DNA of 32,000 nt, taken from the NCBI RefSeq assembly GCF_900167395.1, contig NZ_FUWK01000026.1, forward strand, positions 1 to 32,000, in the 5' to 3' direction. Position 1 is the stretch's first letter, and the number at the start of each line of letters is the position of its first letter. Shown piece after piece: positions 28,997-32,000 of the stretch. A model generated the notes under the pieces. It saw nothing but the letters and a program-made list of their open reading frames with translations, did no database searches and had not been told where the DNA came from. The position numbers and the translations under genes are program-made. The DNA is from Nitrosomonas europaea (lineage in GTDB: Bacteria; Pseudomonadota; Gammaproteobacteria; Burkholderiales; Nitrosomonadaceae).

Positions 28997-30142
28997 ATGC
29001 CGAATCTGCCCGCCCTTCCAGATATGGGTCTGCCTGTCGTAACCAGCGACCTCACAGCAACCCTTTTACCGGGCGTTGCCAGCCCCATTGTTCCCGGACA
29101 GCCAATCGAACAGGCATTTAGCAGCATCCTGATCAGTATGATGAAAAGCGATCAGGCCATTGAAGACGACACCGAAAATCCGGCACCGGTATCAATCGAT
29201 GCACTCATAGCCGGCATGATAGCTGCGCCGGCCAATCCACCTCAGCTCGTTCCATCTCAGCCCGCACCGGATGCACTGGACACACCGAATGCACCGGACG
29301 CACCGGCGGAAGAACTGTTATCCATGCTGGCGACAAGCATGATGCCGAATACCGGCCAGCCAGTGACGGATGAGCCTGTTACCTTCCCCGCAGGCGGACT
29401 GGCATCTGCAACGCCGCCAAATCTGCCATCGGACTCTGGCCGACACGCTGCCGATCCACTCCAGACAACCAGCCAGGCTCACGCTGCTCCTCTCCCTGCT
29501 GAACTCCCGGCCGGAAATATCAGTACAAGTACCCCGTTTCCCGCTCCTGTGAACAGCTTTAATCAGGCAATCGATGCGGCAAATTTTGCCGATAGCGGCA
29601 AATCCTTGCCGCCTTCGATGACATCTGTCCCGGTAACACCTGTAGCCGCACATACCAGCAGCACGCCACTGACTGATATTGCTGCTGATACCACGGCGAA
29701 TGATGCGCCGGCTATTGCCGCAGAATTTGGCCAGCCGGACTGGCCGGAAGAATTCGGCCGTAAAATCACCTGGCTGGCGACACAGCGGATGCAAGCGGCA
29801 GAACTGAAACTGCATCCAGCCCATCTCGGCCCGATAGAAATTTCACTGCAGTTATCCGATGATCAGCGGCTTACGGCACAATTCATTTCACACCACCCCG
29901 CAGTCCGTGAAGCCATCGAAGCCAATCTGCCAAGATTGCGTGAGATCATGGCAGAAAACGGAATTACGCTGGCTGATACCTCAGTCAGTGCAGATACACC
30001 CGGGCAGCAGGCAGAAAACAGACAAGGCAGTCCCTTCCGCCGCCCGGCAGCCGGTGATCACTCCACCTACGATTCCACCAGTCCGCAGACACCAGCCTTA
30101 CAGGCAACCAGACGTTCCAGCCTCATCGATACGTTCGCCTGA
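28997..30142 (+). CDS. fliK: Flagellar hook-length control protein FliK
   Basis: The ATG at 28997 has GAGGA 6 nt upstream; the track start at 28961 is a TTG. It has a Pro/Ala-rich central region and the C-terminal Flg_hook module (DWPEEFGRKITWLATQRMQAAELKLHPAHLGPIEISLQL...). Confidence 0.85.
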   Translation: MPNLPALPDMGLPVVTSDLTATLLPGVASPIVPGQPIEQAFSSILISMMKSDQAIEDDTENPAPVSIDALIAGMIAAPANPPQLVPSQPAPDALDTPNAPDAPAEELLSMLATSMMPNTGQPVTDEPVTFPAGGLASATPPNLPSDSGRHAADPLQTTSQAHAAPLPAELPAGNISTSTPFPAPVNSFNQAIDAANFADSGKSLPPSMTSVPVTPVAAHTSSTPLTDIAADTTANDAPAIAAEFGQPDWPEEFGRKITWLATQRMQAAELKLHPAHLGPIEISLQLSDDQRLTAQFISHHPAVREAIEANLPRLREIMAENGITLADTSVSADTPGQQAENRQGSPFRRPAAGDHSTYDSTSPQTPALQATRRSSLIDTFA

Positions 30143-30276
30143 CAAGCTTACCGCTTCTGCTTCACACTCACTCCCTCATGCCCGGCATCGGCAAGGGCCA
30201 TCTGCTTCATTGATAAGCCCGACAGGTAAAATCCAGGTCCCTTGCCAGAATCAAAAAGTCTTCTTCAGAAATTCCC

Positions 30277-30304
30277 TAAATGTAACAAGACGCTATGCCG
30301 TAAA
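30277..30304 (+). promoter_or_regulatory. Sigma-28 (FliA)-like promoter candidate upstream of the repeat-protein gene
   Basis: TAAA (30277-30280), a 16-nt spacer, then GCCGTAAA (30297-30304). The consensus is TAAA-N15-GCCGATAA, so the spacer is one nt too long and the -10 element matches 6 of 8. It lies about 118 nt upstream of the ATG at 30423. Confidence 0.3.
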
Positions 30305-30422
30305 GAGAAATAACGCCATAAAGGCTAGCGTAATGCCCGTAATACTGAGCATATTTTAGATCTAATGCCCTTATCCGCATTGATACCGAATAGGGACCCA
30401 ACAAGTTTTGGAGAAAATAATT

Positions 30423-32000
30423 ATGTCGATTATCAGCAGCCTGACCCCAACCCAAATCTCTGCGTTGACAACGACGCAGATAAAAGATCTCACCACAGGA
30501 GATATGAAAGCGCTTTCTGACAAGCAGATCAACGCGATGACATCCACTCAGATCGCGGCCATTGAAACGCAAGATCTGGTCATCCTGAGCGGCAAGCAGA
30601 TCGGGGCTTTTAATCCAAACCAATTTACCTACGGTTTGACCACCACACAAATCCAGGCGATTAATAAGGCGCAGGCCACCGGGCTTACCGCTGCCCAACT
30701 AAAAGACATGAATAGCGGCGATCTCTCCAGCCTGAGTGCAGACGCACTGGGCGCATTGTCCGCCAAGCAAATTCAGGGATTGAATTCCACTAACATCGAA
30801 TCACTTACAACAGCTCAGGCAGCCGTACTCAGCTACCAACAAATAGCAGCTATTAGCATAGATGCCGTCAAGGGATTTGAAACCGAGGATCTGGCTCAAA
30901 TTAGCACCGCTGCCATCAAAGGTTTGACTGCTGCACAACTCGGTGCCCTGAACAGTGAGCAATTCAGCTCTCTGGATTCCAGCCAGGTGCAAGCCCTTTC
31001 CGCCAAACAAATCCAGGCGCTGGGCACGGATGTAATCAAGAATTTAACAACCAGCGACATGAAGGAGTTCTCTGCCACCCAGGTCGCTGCCCTGAGTAGC
31101 GCACAACTGAAAGAACTCTCCAGCGGCCAACTTTCAGCCCGAAGTACAGACGCACTGGGTGCATTGTCTGCCAAGCAGATTCAGGGGCTGGATGCAACCA
31201 ACTTATCCACCGACACTATCAGTGCACTGACCGCCAAACAAATCGCAGCACTGACCACAACTCAATTGAGTGGAATGAACAGCAGCCAGATCGGAGCTAT
31301 CTCAACGAGTGGCATCGCCAGCCTGACCGCCGCACAAATCAAGGGATTGAGCAGTGCAAACGTGGAAGCGCTAACCTCAGATCAGGCTAAAATCCTGTCT
31401 GCCAAACAGCTTGCAGGCCTTGGCACAGATGCCGTCAAGGGATTTGAAACCGCAGATCTGGCTAAAATTGATGCCGCCGCCATCAAAGGTTTGACTGCCG
31501 CGCAACTCGGCGCACTGGGCAGTGCACAATTCAACTCTCTGGATTCCAGCCAGGTGCAAGCCCTTTCTGCCAAACAAATCCAGGCGCTGGGCACGGATGT
31601 AATCAAGAATTTAACAACCAGCGACATGAAGGAGTTCTCTGCCACCCAGGTCGCAACGCTGACCACAGCTCAGTTAAACGCTATGGATAGCGACCAGATC
31701 GGCGCTATCTCAACGAGTGGCATCGCCAGCCTGACCGCCGCACAAATCAAGGGATTGAGCAGTGCAAACGTGGAAGCGCTAACCTCAGATCAGGCTAAAA
31801 TCCTGTCTGCCAAACAGCTTGCAGGCCTTGGCACAGACGCCGTCAAGGGATTTGAAACCGGTGATCTGGCTCAAATTAGCACCGCCGCCATCAAGGGTTT
31901 GACTGCCGCGCAACTCGGCGCGCTGGGCAGTGCACAATTCAACTCTCTGGATTCCAGCCAGGTGCAAGCCCTTTCTGCCAAACAAATCCAGTCACTGGGC
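30423..32000 (+). CDS. Large octad-repeat protein, N-terminal 526 codons (open at the window edge); no signal peptide; family not recognised
   Basis: The ATG at 30423 has GGAGAA 8 nt upstream. I translated the frame by hand and it stays open for exactly 526 codons to position 32000. It is absent from the ORF track because there is no stop. The product is a continuous array of 8-residue units: TQISALTT TQIKDLTT GDMKALSD KQINAMTS TQIAAIET ... Confidence 0.85.
   Translation, partial: MSIISSLTPTQISALTTTQIKDLTTGDMKALSDKQINAMTSTQIAAIETQDLVILSGKQIGAFNPNQFTYGLTTTQIQAINKAQATGLTAAQLKDMNSGDLSSLSADALGALSAKQIQGLNSTNIESLTTAQAAVLSYQQIAAISIDAVKGFETEDLAQISTAAIKGLTAAQLGALNSEQFSSLDSSQVQALSAKQIQALGTDVIKNLTTSDMKEFSATQVAALSSAQLKELSSGQLSARSTDALGALSAKQIQGLDATNLSTDTISALTAKQIAALTTTQLSGMNSSQIGAISTSGIASLTAAQIKGLSSANVEALTSDQAKILSAKQLAGLGTDAVKGFETADLAKIDAAAIKGLTAAQLGALGSAQFNSLDSSQVQALSAKQIQALGTDVIKNLTTSDMKEFSATQVATLTTAQLNAMDSDQIGAISTSGIASLTAAQIKGLSSANVEALTSDQAKILSAKQLAGLGTDAVKGFETGDLAQISTAAIKGLTAAQLGALGSAQFNSLDSSQVQALSAKQIQSLG
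30861..31087 (+). repeat. Older partial copy of the super-repeat (module DAVKGFET...TQVA)
   Basis: 30861-31087 aligns with 31428-31654 and 31836 onward. The last ~130 nt (ctctggattccagccaggtgcaagccc...cccaggtcgc) are almost identical. Confidence 0.85.
31287..32000 (+). repeat. Tandem 408-bp (136-codon, 17-octad) super-repeat inside the repeat-protein gene, 1.75 units visible
   Basis: 31287-31694 and 31695-32000 align with offset 408. I counted roughly a dozen mismatches over 306 nt, about 96% identity. Confidence 0.9.

Noticed and set aside
30143-30422. Looked for a c-di-GMP (GEMM-type) riboswitch ahead of the giant repeat gene
   Set aside because: I could not find the conserved GEMM-I features (paired stems with a GNRA tetraloop and receptor, and the conserved ACGCACAGGGCAAAC-like core). 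A covariance-model scan would be needed to exclude it formally.
30276-31985. Six minus-strand ORFs in the track (30276..30698, 30801..31010, 30896..31174, 31377..31577, 31382..31666, 31785..31985), several with near-identical sequences (MFGRKGLHLAGIQRVELCTAQ...)
   Set aside because: They are antisense to a continuously open, strongly periodic + strand frame that has its own RBS. They look alike only because the sense-strand repeats are mirrored. None has a convincing start context.
30423-32000. Could the regular repeats be a CRISPR array or non-coding satellite?
   Set aside because: The period is 24 bp within 408 bp, and no unique spacers alternate with conserved repeats. The whole region keeps one open reading frame, with variation at the codon third position and conserved amino-acid positions. 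It is therefore coding.

Overview
The window looks like betaproteobacterial chromosome. I infer a Nitrosomonas-like ammonia oxidiser from an AmoC N-terminus at the left edge; this rests on memory, since no search was possible. From left to right: (1) The 5' end of amoC (minus strand, runs off the window), preceded by about 700 bp of non-coding leader and a frameshifted IS630-family transposase relic. (2) A minus-strand cell-shape and cell-wall operon, mreB-mreC-mreD-mrdA-rodA-rlpA, divergent from gatCAB. (3) A small lipoprotein gene and an hsp20-type gene. (4) A translationally coupled LysM/FecR-domain protein and CHASE2-PAS-GGDEF-EAL c-di-GMP enzyme. (5) A flagellar region containing an extra FliK-like plus FlhB-C-terminal-like pair, ycgR-like PilZ brake, fliE, fleR, fleS, and divergently fliFGHIJK. 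(6) At the right edge, an open-ended + strand ORF (30423 to the window end, 526 codons, no stop) that the ORF track does not list. It encodes an uninterrupted array of about 65 eight-residue repeats organised into near-identical 408-bp super-repeats, with no N-terminal signal peptide. This is my best candidate for something undescribed. Other points of interest are a 32-nt perfectly repeated intergenic element (one copy is a ~100-bp palindromic unit splitting fliG from fliH), the orphan FliK-like/FlhBc-like pair, and the c-di-GMP input-output module inside the flagellar locus. All family assignments come from motifs I can read in the translations. No database search was possible.
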